Origin: Candidatus Latescibacterota bacterium
GTDB lineage: Bacteria > Latescibacterota > UBA2968 > SICM01
Direction of reading: 5' to 3'
Length of the DNA stretch: 64,000 bases
NCBI GenBank assembly: GCA_965217865.1
Contig: CBDCJO010000001.1
Span: 384,001-448,000 of the forward strand
Every line of letters begins with the position of its first letter. Within the stretch, counting starts at the first letter, position 1. Shown in pieces: positions 9,301 to 19,896 of this stretch. The translations under genes were made by a program, and so were the position numbers. The notes beneath the pieces were generated by a model. That model was not told the origin of the DNA. It made no database searches and saw only the letters and a program-made list of their open reading frames with translations.

Positions 9301-11571
9301 CCGATCCGTCGGGAGCCCCGCTCCAGGACATCTTCATCAACGCCTGGAACAATGAGGCACAGACAGGCGGGGGGTCCTCAACCGATGAAAACGGACGTTA
9401 CCAGATGGCCTTGCTCCCCGGGACCTACGAGATCAACATCAACCTTCCTCAGGACAGCCCCTTCGTCTCGAAGCGAATCGAGGCCGTCCAGGTAACCATA
9501 GACCGGACCCTGGACATTCAGGTAGAGCGGGGTCTGATCCTCTCCGGAAGGGTCGTCGATCCGGAGGGCAACCCGATCCAAAACGTCTTCATCAACGCCT
9601 GGAACAACGAAACCCAGACCGGCGGGGGATCCTCAACCGATGAAAACGGGGAGTATCAGATGGCCCTCCTCCCGGGGACATACGATCTAAACGTGAATCC
9701 CCCCCGGGAGAGCGACCTGGTCTCCAGGAACATCCAGTCTTATCAGCTTTTTAGCGACCAGACCCTCGAAATCAGGCTGGATGGCGGGGTGATTCTATCA
9801 GGCCGGGTGCTCGATCCCAATGGAAATCCCGTCGGTGACGCGCACGTCAACGCCTTTAGTCCCCAAACGGGAACGGGCAACGGAGCCAACACGGATGAGG
9901 ACGGACGATACCGGATTGCATTGAACCCGGGGGTCTATGAGGTTAACGTTTCCTTGCCTCAGGAGAGCCCTTTCGTGGGCAAGCGGATCGAGTCCCTCGA
10001 GTTAACGGGCAACCGGACACTGGACATCCGGCTCCAACAGGGTCTCGTCCTGTCCGGACGGGTGATCGATCCCGACGGAAATCCGGTTCAGAACGCCCAC
10101 GTCAATGCGTGGGATCCCCTGCTCAACTCGGGAAACGGATCCAGCACTGACCAGGACGGGCATTATCGAATTCCCCTCCTGCGCGGTTCCTACGATGTGA
10201 ACGTCTTTCTTCCCCCGGAGGCCCCCTTTATCGCCCCACGCTTTGAGCGGACAAATATTTTCTCCGACACCGTACTCGATTTCATTTTGGAGCGCGGATC
10301 CTCTCTGTCGGGCACTGTATTCGGACCGGATAATCAGGGGGTCGCCGATGTGAACTTATGGGCCTCCGACCCCCGCACCGGCGAGGGAAACGGAACCCAG
10401 TCGGATGAGGATGGAACCTATACCATCATCCTGAGGGACGGCTTCTACGACCTGGACGTGAACCCAAGGCCGGAGAGTCTCCTGGTCAACAAGCGCCTGA
10501 GGGACATCGAGGTGGCGGGCGATCGGAATTTGGACATCACCCTTGAGAAAGGCGTGATCCTCTCCGTATTCGTGAATGATCCCGATGGCAACCCGGTCTC
10601 CGAGGCCTATGTAAATGCGTGGAATTCCCAGACGCAGACCGGGAGCGGAGGCCAGACGGAGGACGGCCTGTTTCGATCCGCCCTGTCTGCCGGAGTCTAT
10701 GACCTCAATATCAACCCACCCCCCGGAACGGCATTCGCCGCCCAGAATATCAACGAAGTCGAGGTTTTCTCGGATCGCGACCTGGTCGTGACCCTCGAGA
10801 GGGGTGTTGTGTTGTCCGGAACCGTCACCGATGATGCGGGCAACCCCGCATTGAACGCTCACATTAACGCCTGGAGCCCCCTCCTCAACACCGGAAACGG
10901 CGCAGGAACCGATCCCGAGGGACGTTACGAGATCGTCTTGCTTCCGGGCATCTATGAGGTGGATGTCCATCCGGACGAGAAAAGCGGCCTCACCCGGACC
11001 AACCTGAGGGACATAGAGGTACGGGAAGACCGAACCCTCGATATCGTCTTGAAATCCGGGGTTCGACTGTCCGGCCGGGTCGTGGGTCCCAGGGGCGGCG
11101 GCGTGGCCAACGTCAACGTCGATGCCCAGGACGACAACTTTCAGGATGGCGGGGAGGGCTTTGCAAACACGGACCGGGACGGGGCCTATACCATGACCAT
11201 CCCGCCCGGCGTCTACCAGCTCAACTTCCGTCCCCCCCAGGAAACGCGTTTTGTAGAGAAGCAGATCCACGGGCTCGAGGTCTTTTCGGACCTCAGCGGC
11301 CTCGAGACGGTCCTCGACGAAGGCCTCGTCCTGTCCGGCCGGGTGACCGACCCCGATGGCAATCCGGTGCGCGATGCGTGGGTGAACGTTTTCGACCCTG
11401 CAGCACAGTTCGGGAACGGGAGCAACACCGACCCCGACGGGATATACAGAATAGCCGTAAAAAGAGGCATCTACCAAGTCAACGTCAGCCCCCCCCAAAG
11501 ACCGGGGGTTGTCTCGGACCTTGTCTCCTTTGAAATTTTCGAATTCCGGGTGACCGACGATCAGACCCTAG
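6383..11571 (+). pseudogene. Giant secreted protein with about 20 carboxypeptidase-regulatory-like/prealbumin-fold repeats (about 85 aa); frameshifts near 6862 and 7500; truncated by IS
   Basis: Signal peptide ending TTLA-QE; repeat LSGxVTDPxGNP...TDENGRYxxxLxPGxY; coding stops at the CTAG target site. Confidence 0.85.
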
Positions 11572-13097
11572 CAGCCTGTTGAAAAAGTGCGTTTATGCCA
11601 AGATGACTGTTGTCTTTCCTTGTGGTTTGGTCCTATGATATATCAGGTTCAAACTGAGAAGGGAGGACGAGCAAATGGCAATGGGAAAACGAGGACGACA
11701 GAGACAGGAAAACCTGTTCATCGCATCGAACACTTTGGTGAAATCTCCGGGTCATCCGTTCTACGAGAAGCTGAATCAGGTATTGGGGGCGAACGGCTTC
11801 GACGAGTTCGTCGAGGGGCTTTGCCAGCGGTATTACGCTCCTCATATGGGTCGCAAGGGCATTCCGCCCGGGGTTTATTTTCGGATGCTTTTGATTGGGT
11901 ATTTCGAGGGACTTGATTCGGAACGTGGGATCGAATGGCGTGTATCTGACTCGCTGACGTTGCGCCGGTTTTTGGGGTATGCCCTTGACGAACAGACCCC
12001 GGATCATTCCAGCCTGTCTCGCATCCGGCATCGGCTTCCCTTGGAAGTTCACGAAGCGGTTTTCAAGTGGATCCTGAGGGTCTTGTGCAAAGCGGGTCTG
12101 GTGAAGGGGAAGACGTTGGGCGTGGATGCTACGACACTGGAGGCCAACGCCGCGATGCGCAGCATTGTACGCCGTGACACGGGTGAAGGCTACCAGGCAT
12201 TCCTTGAGAATCTGGCCAAGGCCTCGGGCATTGAAACGCCTACCCGCGAGGACTTGTCCAAGATCGATAAGAAGCGACCGAAGAAGGGATCGAACCAGGA
12301 CTGGGAGCACCCGCACGACCCGGATGCCAAGATCGCTAAGATGAAGGACGGTCGCACGCACATGGCGCACAAGGTGGAGCACGCGGTGGATCTGGACACC
12401 AATGCCATTGTGGCAGTGGCGTTGTCGGGAGCAGATGAAGGAGATACCGAGTCGTTGCCCTGGACGCTGCTCGAGGCGCAGCTCAATCTCAAGCAGGTCG
12501 CGAAGGACGAAAAAGCTGCTAAGCGTTTGCACAGACAGCGTATACGGGAGGTGGTTGCGGACAAAGGATATCATAGCAACGATGTATTGACCAGTCTGAA
12601 GCAAGGCGGCATCCGGAGTTACATTTCAGAACCGGATCGGGGACGCCGCAAGTGGAACGGCCGACGAGATGAGCAGGCCGCGGTATATGCGAATCGACGC
12701 CGGATCAAGGGAGATCGCGGCAAGGCCTTGCGCCGAAGTCGTGCAGAACGGGTGGAAAGAACCATCGCTCACACATATGATACCGGTGGCATGCGCAGGT
12801 TGCACTTGAGAGACCGCGGCAATATCCTCAAGCGTTTGCTGATCCACATCGGGGGCTGCAACCTGGCTCTGCTCATGCGCAAAGTGATGGGCGTAGGTAC
12901 TCCGAAGGCCCTCCAGGACCTGGCCAAGGCCTTGCAGCGTCTACTGCTCGTCCTACAATCACGTTTGCTGCCCTCGGTCACCTTTTTAACCTCTTATCAG
13001 CGTCTCCTGCTCAATCTCCTTACCTTGATTTATCTGACCCGCACTCCAGGCGTCTTTTCCGTTTATGTGCGTTGAAAGGTAGTTCTTCAACGGGCTG
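11572..13097 (+). mobile_element. IS5/IS1182-type insertion sequence, copy 1 (1526 bp)
   Basis: IRs CAGCCTGTTGAAAAA / CAGCCCGTTGAAGAA; CTAG on both flanks (11568-11571, 13098-13101). Confidence 0.93.
11675..13075 (+). CDS. DDE transposase (DUF772 plus DDE; IS5/IS1182-like)
   Basis: SERGIEWR, TPDHSSLSR, GVDATTLEANA, DPDA, VADKGY and VER motifs. Confidence 0.92.
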   Translation: MAMGKRGRQRQENLFIASNTLVKSPGHPFYEKLNQVLGANGFDEFVEGLCQRYYAPHMGRKGIPPGVYFRMLLIGYFEGLDSERGIEWRVSDSLTLRRFLGYALDEQTPDHSSLSRIRHRLPLEVHEAVFKWILRVLCKAGLVKGKTLGVDATTLEANAAMRSIVRRDTGEGYQAFLENLAKASGIETPTREDLSKIDKKRPKKGSNQDWEHPHDPDAKIAKMKDGRTHMAHKVEHAVDLDTNAIVAVALSGADEGDTESLPWTLLEAQLNLKQVAKDEKAAKRLHRQRIREVVADKGYHSNDVLTSLKQGGIRSYISEPDRGRRKWNGRRDEQAAVYANRRRIKGDRGKALRRSRAERVERTIAHTYDTGGMRRLHLRDRGNILKRLLIHIGGCNLALLMRKVMGVGTPKALQDLAKALQRLLLVLQSRLLPSVTFLTSYQRLLLNLLTLIYLTRTPGVFSVYVR

Positions 13098-13838
13098 CTA
13101 GCTCAGTCTTGTCCGCTCCCGCTCCCCCAACTTGCGTTCCGAGATATCCTGGACAGTCGCGCGGATGCCTACGATCCGTCCGCTCGGGTCCAGATGTGGA
13201 TAATCCTGCATCAGGGCCGAAAGCAGGGTCCCGTCCTTTTTTCTCCAGGTGCGCTCATACGGCGTTGGGAGTTCCCCGGTTCCTTTCAGCTTGGCTCGTA
13301 TCGCCTGTGTTGAAGTCTTCTTCTCAACGATAAATTCCCACGGATACCGTCCCAGCATCTCCTCGGCGGTGTATCCAAGCATCTCCAACCCTGTTCTGTT
13401 CACCCGGGTGATGCGGCCTTCGGAGTCGATCTCGTGGTATCCCACAGGGGCCTGGTCGTACAGTTCCCGGAAACGTTTCTCGCTCTCCCGCAACGTCTCC
13501 TCAGCCCGCTGCCGGTCCGTGATGTCCTCGCCGTACAGATGAACAACCCCGACATCGGGAAGGGGGTGATAAGACCAGGAGAAGATACGACCCCTCACGG
13601 TGACCCCGGATCCCTGGAAGCTCTCTCCTTCCTCGAGAACTGCCGCCACGAGCTGCGCGTGGTTCTCCGGCAACATATCCGCTACATGCTTGATCCCAAG
13701 ACTTACCCGAAGCTGCTCTGCAGCAGGATTGATATATATCAAGCGGCCTTCGGAATCGGACTCCAAAATGGGATTGGGATTCTTCGTCGGAAAAGAAACC
13801 AGCCTAAGTTTTTCTACTTCATCCCGCTTCTGTTGCAT
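13098..13838 (-). pseudogene. N-terminal PAS-PAS half of a split hybrid histidine kinase
   Basis: Two PAS/PAC domains (NPNPIL...DITDR; APVG...QDISERK); ends at the IS CTAG. Confidence 0.8.
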
Positions 13839-14088
13839 CTACCAGCCTCCGGGTTTGGGTTTAGATTTTGACACCTCTTGAGAGTTTGGGTTTAGTTTTT
13901 GACACCTTCTTGAGGTTGCCGATTACCGCCCGTGACAACGACCCTGGCCTTTTCAACCACCGTGCCATGAACTTCGGAATGCCTGATCGCCGTTATAAAA
14001 CAGAGGGCTACGGAAGATCTGCTGCTGCTGGGATACCGGGACTGCCGCGAGGTCGATACATATCCAAACCCAATTTTCGGGTAAGACA

Positions 14089-14213
14089 GCCGAGCTGACC
14101 GTCGACCAGGCGCGTGGAGGAGTTTCTGAGCCGGGATTTCCCCCCGAACACCCAGAAGGCCTTCCAGCACGACCTGGGACGGTTTGTAAAGGCATTTTCC
14201 GGGCAGCCCAAGC
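14089..14213 (+). pseudogene. Possible relic of a tyrosine-recombinase N-terminal domain
   Basis: AELTVDQA / VEEFLSRDFPPNTQKAFQHDLGRFVKAF with one frameshift; resembles the Xer/integrase SAM-like domain. Confidence 0.35.
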
Positions 14214-14320
14214 AACTCCTTGACCTGGCACAGGTCGCTGGCGGAAGGGGTCCACGGTTCGGAATAGACATCGGAGCCTGAGCGTTCGAGGGGAGCAAGG
14301 TGGGATTAAGAAAGTTATAA
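14214..14320 (+). repeat. 107-bp dispersed repeat, copy A
   Basis: Reverse complement of 29105-29211 with 4 mismatches. Confidence 0.9.
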
Positions 14321-14401
14321 ATATTATCGAGCCAGATGCTATATTGTTGGTCCATGAACAACCCTGACCCCGTTCCCTGTGTAAATTATCGAGTCATCAG
14401 G

Positions 14402-17400
14402 ATGCCAGAAAAAACAATAGGAAAAATTCAAGATTCCGGACCCACCCTCGCACGCCTATCCTTCCGAGTACCGCCTGATCGGATTTCGGAGTTCGAAGTT
14501 CTCTACGAAGAAAAGGCCGCTCCTATTCTGAAGCGGATCGGCCTTGCGGAACTATCGGAGAAGGATCGCTCATCGAAGGAGGGTATCTTCAGCCGTTTGT
14601 TCGAGATGAAAAGGCCTATTGAGGTGGCAAAAAAGCGGGAAACCCTTCAAGGAGATTCGGCGTGGGGTTCGCTGATGTGGGATTTTGGAATCGCCTTCGG
14701 AGATGCCGGTCCGGATGGGCTGATTCATTACATCCTGGAGCTCTATAAGACTCCGGCAGGTCCGGGCAGAACGGTTTCCAGGGGGCAGGAGACCGGTTTC
14801 TGGCGTACCTATGATGCGACGGATGGGCTTGGCAGCGGGTTCGTGATGTCGATGCTGCAGGATCGGGATGGGAATTTATGGTTTGCTGCCTTTGGCGGGG
14901 GCGTGAGTCGCTACGATGGACAAACCTTTACGACTTTCACAACAAACGACGGACTTGCCCATAATGAGGTGTCGGATCTTCTCCAGGATCTGGATGGAAA
15001 CATGTGGTTTGCGACCGAGGGCGGGGTGAGCCGTTTCGACGGACAATCGTTCAAGAACTTCACCACAGATGATGGATTGGCCCACAATGAGGTCTCCACG
15101 CTGCTTCAGGACAGGGACGGCATCCTTTGGTTTGGGACCGAAGGGGGCTTGAGCCGTCTCGATTCCACGTTCAACACGAGCGTGAACCCACCCTTCACAT
15201 CATTGACCGAAGAAGAAGGGCTGGCCGGCAATCAGGTGGAAGTTGTTTTCCAGGATCTGGAGGGCCACTTCTGGATCGGCACAAACAACGGATTGAGCCG
15301 ATACAACGGGAAGATCTTTTCGACTTTTACCACGAAGGAGGGGTTGGGGGACAATTGGGTGCGATCGATCGTTCGGGATCGTGCGGGCTTTCTCTGGTTC
15401 GGAACGAATAACGGCGGTGTGAGCCGATTCAACGGTCAAGAATTTACGACCTACTCGGTAAAGGATGGAATGGCCGGAAACGGGGTCATGTCGGCCTTCG
15501 AGGATCGCGATGGAATTCTCTGGTTTGGGACGTCTGATGGCGTGACTCGCTATGATCCATTGTTTGAAAAAAAGGGAGCTGGGAAAGATCAGAAAGGATC
15601 GTTTGCGAATTTTACTGAACAGGATGGGCTGGCTAATAATTGGGTCTTTTCGATCATCCAGGATAGGGAAGGCCACCTCTGGTTCGGTACATTCAGCGGT
15701 GTGAGCCGGTATGACGAGAAAACCTTTACGACAACTATAAAAAAAGACGGGTTGTCTGAAAAAAGCGTGTTTTCGATTCTGCAAGATCAGGAGGGAAAGG
15801 TCTGGTCCGGTACGGGTGGGGGTGGGATTATCCGGTATGGGCCAAAAGGCCATCTTACGACGTATACATCTGAAGACGGTCTTCCGAATGATGTGATTCT
15901 TTCCGTTTTTCAAGATCGGGACAAAAAGCTCTGGTTCAGCACGGGGGGTAATGGGGTGTGTTGCTATGATGGGAAGACCTTCGTCACGTTTACCGAAACC
16001 GATGGACTCGCGCATAACAGGGTCTGGCGGATAATTCAGGATCGCCGGGGCGATATCTGGTTTGGGACATTCGACGGGGTGAATCGATACGACGGCCATT
16101 CATTCACCACATTTACCACCACCGACGGCCTGGTCCACAACCGGGTGCGATCTGTCATCGAAGATCGGAGGGGGCGTATCTGGTTCGGGACTTTCGGTGG
16201 TGTGAGCCGGTACGATCCTCAGACAAGCTCAGGACAGGGTTCTACCCCCCGTGCACTGGGATCAGGCTCAGGTGGGAGATTTACCAATTTCACGGTAAAC
16301 GACGGACTTCCTTCAGACAGTGTCTGGTCGATGCTTGAAGATCGGGAGGGGAACCTCTGGTTCGGGACAAGTGGGGGAGGCGTCTGCCGTTATGATGGGC
16401 ATACCTTTGCCACTCTAACGAGAAATGACGGACTGGCTTCCGATCATATCTGGTCAATTCTGGAGGATCGGGAGGGGAACCTCTGGTTCGGGACGAGTGG
16501 GGGGGGGCTCAGCCGCTACGACGGCCGGGTCTTCCAAACGTTTACCGCTCAGGACGGTCTGGTCGGAAACGTGGTGCATGCGATCTTTCAGGATCAGGAG
16601 GGATTTTTTTGGTTATGCACAAACAACGGGATAACCCGTTATAGACCGCCTGAACCGTGTCCTCCCCCGGTGTTCATCGATGCGATTGTCGCCGGACGCA
16701 GGCGTGAAGGGAGAACCGAACTTGAAGTTTCAGACAGCACGGGTCTGGTTGCATTTGAGTTTCACGGGATGAGTTATAAGACACGGCCTGAGGCGATGGT
16801 CTATCGATATCGGCTGGAGGGTTTGGACTGCGCCTGGAAAAACACGCACGAAAGGCGCGTCGAGTACCAGGATCTCCCCGTTGGGACCTATCGGTTCGAG
16901 GTCGTTGGAGTAGATCGGGACTTGGCTTATTCCCACACACCCGGGAGGGTCGACCTGAAAGTTGTAAGGGATAATCGGGATAAACAGATCGATGAGCTGG
17001 AACGCCGCGTCCAGGAGCGGACCAGGGAACTCCGGGAGAAACACGCGCAGCTGGCGCAGTCGGAAAAGATGGCCTCCCTGGGAAATCTGGTGGCGGGGAT
17101 TTCTCACGAAATCAATAATCCCATCGGGGCGTTCAACAGTTCCGCAGACGTTTCACGTCGATGCATCGAGAGGATTGCCCATCTTCTGGAAGCGGGAGAA
17201 ATTGAGGTCCAGGGATCCCCCCAGTTCCAGAAGGTCCTGAAGCTGCTCGAGGAAAATAATCGGACGATTATCTCAGCGGGCGACCGGATCGCCCAGATCG
17301 TGAGAAGCTTGAGGAATTTCGCCCGGTTGGACGAGGCCGAGTTTCAAGAGGTGGACCTCCACGAGGGTCTTGAGAATACGCTTACGCTGCTTCAACACGA

Positions 17401-17791
17401 GTTCAGGGATCGGATCTCACTCGTCAAGGATTATGGCGACATCCCCCCGGTTCGGTGTTATCCCGGGGAGTTGAACCAGGTCTTTATGAATCTCCTCGTC
17501 AACGCCATTCAAGCGGTCGAAGGACACGGAACCATCCGAATTGAGACCTTTTCAGATCCGTCTTATGTCTATGTAAGGATATCCGATTCGGGAAAAGGAA
17601 TATCCGGTGAAAACCTCCCCAAGATCTTCGATCCGGGTTTCACGACGACGGGTGTCGGAGTCGGAACGGGTCTGGGACTGTCGATCAGTTACAATATCGT
17701 GAAAAAGCACATAGGGGAAATCGATGTGGAAAGCCAGGTGGGAGAGGGATCAACGTTTACCGTACGGATCCCGGTCGGGTTGGATGGATAG
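14402..17791 (+). CDS. Histidine kinase with two-component regulator propeller repeats, Y_Y_Y, HisKA and HATPase; no TM helix
   Basis: Many QDRxGxLWFGTxGGVSRYDG blades; YRYRLEG...YQDLPVGTYRF; AGISHEINNP; GTGLGL; start uncertain (14336-14402). Confidence 0.9.
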   Translation: MPEKTIGKIQDSGPTLARLSFRVPPDRISEFEVLYEEKAAPILKRIGLAELSEKDRSSKEGIFSRLFEMKRPIEVAKKRETLQGDSAWGSLMWDFGIAFGDAGPDGLIHYILELYKTPAGPGRTVSRGQETGFWRTYDATDGLGSGFVMSMLQDRDGNLWFAAFGGGVSRYDGQTFTTFTTNDGLAHNEVSDLLQDLDGNMWFATEGGVSRFDGQSFKNFTTDDGLAHNEVSTLLQDRDGILWFGTEGGLSRLDSTFNTSVNPPFTSLTEEEGLAGNQVEVVFQDLEGHFWIGTNNGLSRYNGKIFSTFTTKEGLGDNWVRSIVRDRAGFLWFGTNNGGVSRFNGQEFTTYSVKDGMAGNGVMSAFEDRDGILWFGTSDGVTRYDPLFEKKGAGKDQKGSFANFTEQDGLANNWVFSIIQDREGHLWFGTFSGVSRYDEKTFTTTIKKDGLSEKSVFSILQDQEGKVWSGTGGGGIIRYGPKGHLTTYTSEDGLPNDVILSVFQDRDKKLWFSTGGNGVCCYDGKTFVTFTETDGLAHNRVWRIIQDRRGDIWFGTFDGVNRYDGHSFTTFTTTDGLVHNRVRSVIEDRRGRIWFGTFGGVSRYDPQTSSGQGSTPRALGSGSGGRFTNFTVNDGLPSDSVWSMLEDREGNLWFGTSGGGVCRYDGHTFATLTRNDGLASDHIWSILEDREGNLWFGTSGGGLSRYDGRVFQTFTAQDGLVGNVVHAIFQDQEGFFWLCTNNGITRYRPPEPCPPPVFIDAIVAGRRREGRTELEVSDSTGLVAFEFHGMSYKTRPEAMVYRYRLEGLDCAWKNTHERRVEYQDLPVGTYRFEVVGVDRDLAYSHTPGRVDLKVVRDNRDKQIDELERRVQERTRELREKHAQLAQSEKMASLGNLVAGISHEINNPIGAFNSSADVSRRCIERIAHLLEAGEIEVQGSPQFQKVLKLLEENNRTIISAGDRIAQIVRSLRNFARLDEAEFQEVDLHEGLENTLTLLQHEFRDRISLVKDYGDIPPVRCYPGELNQVFMNLLVNAIQAVEGHGTIRIETFSDPSYVYVRISDSGKGISGENLPKIFDPGFTTTGVGVGTGLGLSISYNIVKKHIGEIDVESQVGEGSTFTVRIPVGLDG

Positions 17792-17832
17792 TCTCATATC
17801 ATCTAAAGGTGAAATTCGACCTTTATACGAAA

Positions 17833-17865
17833 AAGCCGCACCGTGCAGGTGCGGCTTGAATTTTT
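17833..17865. terminator. Bidirectional intrinsic terminator
   Basis: AAGCCGCACC/GGTGCGGCTT stem with A and T tracts, between convergent genes. Confidence 0.7.
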
Positions 17866-17890
17866 GTCTCATCAGGTCAACAGTATTTTA

Positions 17891-18328
17891 TTATTCGGAA
17901 GTCGGCCCCGATACGTAATCCATTAAATTGGTCACCTGGGATTTCGCCTGAGCCAGTTGGGCCTTGACAACATCGCCGATGGATACGATACCCACCAGCT
18001 TCTCGTCCTTAACGACAGGCATGTGTCGAAATCGTCCTTCGGTCATCTCGTTCATGATGTGTTCGATGTCGTCTTCAGGAGCGACCGTCACGATCTTACG
18101 GGTCATGACTTCCCCGACCTTTTTATTATCAAGCTCACATTCCTCGTATACTTCCCTCATCAGATCCCGCTCGGTAATGATCCCCGAAAGTGCACCTGAG
18201 GGGTCTTTCACAAGCAAGGAACCGACCTTGTTTTCGATCAGGTTACAGAGCGCCTCTCTGAGGCTGGAATGGGGTTCGATGGTCGTTACCTGCGAACCCT
18301 TGGCGTCCAGGATTTCCTTGACCTTCAT
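17891..18328 (-). CDS. CBS-pair domain protein
   Basis: GIITERD, VMT and RHMPVV...GIVSIGDVVK motifs; GAGGAG RBS. Confidence 0.9.
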   Translation of the reverse strand: MKVKEILDAKGSQVTTIEPHSSLREALCNLIENKVGSLLVKDPSGALSGIITERDLMREVYEECELDNKKVGEVMTRKIVTVAPEDDIEHIMNEMTEGRFRHMPVVKDEKLVGIVSIGDVVKAQLAQAKSQVTNLMDYVSGPTSE

Positions 18329-18443
18329 GGTCTCTCTCCTCGCGTTTTTCCGGGTATTGACGGACAATTATTGCGTATTAGTATAATAGGATAAAAAGAT
18401 CAGGTCAAGAAAAAAACTCGGGAAAGGAAAAGACAACCGGTCC

Positions 18444-18487
18444 CCCTTCGACTCCGTTCCGCAAAAAACGCGGAACTCCGCTCAGGG
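18444..18487. repeat. CTTCGAC...CTCAGG-type REP-like hairpin
   Basis: CCCTTCGACTCCGTTCCGC-AAAAAAC-GCGGAACTCCGCTCAGGG. Confidence 0.5.
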
Positions 18488-18624
18488 TGTTTTCATGATG
18501 GTTTATGGTCTCCTCTACTATCGAGGACTTCGCTTCGTCCGGACGCAACCAAATAATATCTACGATTCTTGCATAGAAATTGTAATTTAAGACTCTAATT
18601 CCCCACGCCCTACCTTTACCCGTT

Positions 18625-19686
18625 TCACGGTTCTCTGATGTATATCGGATTGGCGAATGCCTTGCGGTTGTCCCGAGCGAAGCACTCGACTCGAATATAG
18701 GAACTTCCGCCTTTAAATTCATGCCTGTAAGAGCCCTTCACAACCGGCTGATGCTTTGGCCACAACTCCACCACGACTTTGCCGTCGGAGATGATACGGA
18801 GTTGTTGTATTCCGATACTGTCGACGCATTCGAAGAAGATCACGACCGTCCTCCCCCCGGGTCGCTTTATCGTGTCCCCCATAATCGAAAGCCCGGAGGT
18901 CACGTTGATGAAGGGGCCGTCCGAAGCGAAAAAATGACCCGCCCAAAGTGCGTCCAGGACGTTCTTCCTTGTGAGTCGGTTTAAAAAGACACCGTTCCAG
19001 ACATCTCCGATTGCCTGAGGAAGGTGCGCATCGCTATTGCCCATTCCCCTGACGACTTTTCCCCGGGAGAGGTGCTGATCCCAAAGTGCGAGGCTCATGT
19101 CGTCCGTGACATCGTAACAGTCGAAGATGTTGTTCGCTCCGTTGATCAATTCGATCGTAAAATCGTCCCCCAAAAGATTCAGGGCATCGATCTGTCCCCG
19201 GTTATAGCGTTTGGCAGGAAACCAGCCCGTCGGATGGGGGATGAACGGGAACCCCCCACGAGCGATGACATTTTGGTAGTCTCTGGCCAGGTCGTGCAGG
19301 GGGCGATATTTTCGGTCGAGTCCGAGGATGCCCAGATGATGGTGTTGCGTGCCGGGTTCCTGACCCCACCAGATGTTCTTATATTTTACACAATGGACCT
19401 TCTGTCGCACGGTATTGTGATCGGTTAGAAAGAAAAAATCCAATCCGGCTTTATCGACCCATGTTGCGATTTCCTCGACGGTTCCAATCCCGTCACTGTA
19501 TGTGGAATGGCTGTGACAGTCCCCACGTCGGACGGTGAAGCCGGCCAGTTTCCGAGTGTTATCGATCCGGTCACGGAACGCTTCCTTCCAGAACCCGATG
19601 ACTTTATCCGGATAGGTCAGGCGTTTTTGTGCCCGGGCTTTGAGCTTATATTGTCGGGCACGCTCGCGTGGGGTACGTATCGGCAC
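18625..19686 (-). CDS. PHP-domain metallohydrolase (CehA/McbA-like)
   Basis: GDCHSHSTYSDG, LTDHN, HP and GNSDAH metal ligands; C-terminal ANPI. Confidence 0.85.
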   Translation of the reverse strand: MPIRTPRERARQYKLKARAQKRLTYPDKVIGFWKEAFRDRIDNTRKLAGFTVRRGDCHSHSTYSDGIGTVEEIATWVDKAGLDFFFLTDHNTVRQKVHCVKYKNIWWGQEPGTQHHHLGILGLDRKYRPLHDLARDYQNVIARGGFPFIPHPTGWFPAKRYNRGQIDALNLLGDDFTIELINGANNIFDCYDVTDDMSLALWDQHLSRGKVVRGMGNSDAHLPQAIGDVWNGVFLNRLTRKNVLDALWAGHFFASDGPFINVTSGLSIMGDTIKRPGGRTVVIFFECVDSIGIQQLRIISDGKVVVELWPKHQPVVKGSYRHEFKGGSSYIRVECFARDNRKAFANPIYIREP

Positions 19687-19808
19687 GAACCATCCTTTCA
19701 GAATTGAATCCGAATCGTGAATCCACGGCTCCCTACAGGGAATCGGTGAAGGGGAAGCCAGCCAAATGACGTGAGGTCAGGACATGAAAGATGATCGAGG
19801 AACACCGA

Positions 19809-19887
19809 AATTTAACAAAGGCCCGAAACAGTGTCAATATACAGTTCGGGGGGCAGAATTGACAAAAATAGCGCGATATGATAAATT
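19809..19887. promoter_or_regulatory. Divergent sigma70 promoter pair
   Basis: Minus: TTGACA(19837-19832)-N17-TAAATT; plus: TTGACA(19859)-N17-TAAATT. Confidence 0.5.
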
Positions 19888-19896
19888 TACCTCGCG

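Noticed and set aside
7750-11500. Regularly spaced DNA repeats as a CRISPR array or DGR
   Set aside because: The period is 255 bp, in frame and protein coding; no unique spacers, cas genes or reverse transcriptase.
11633-12604. 323-aa ORF antisense to the transposase (also 26469-27440)
   Set aside because: Shadow frame, duplicated only because the IS is duplicated.
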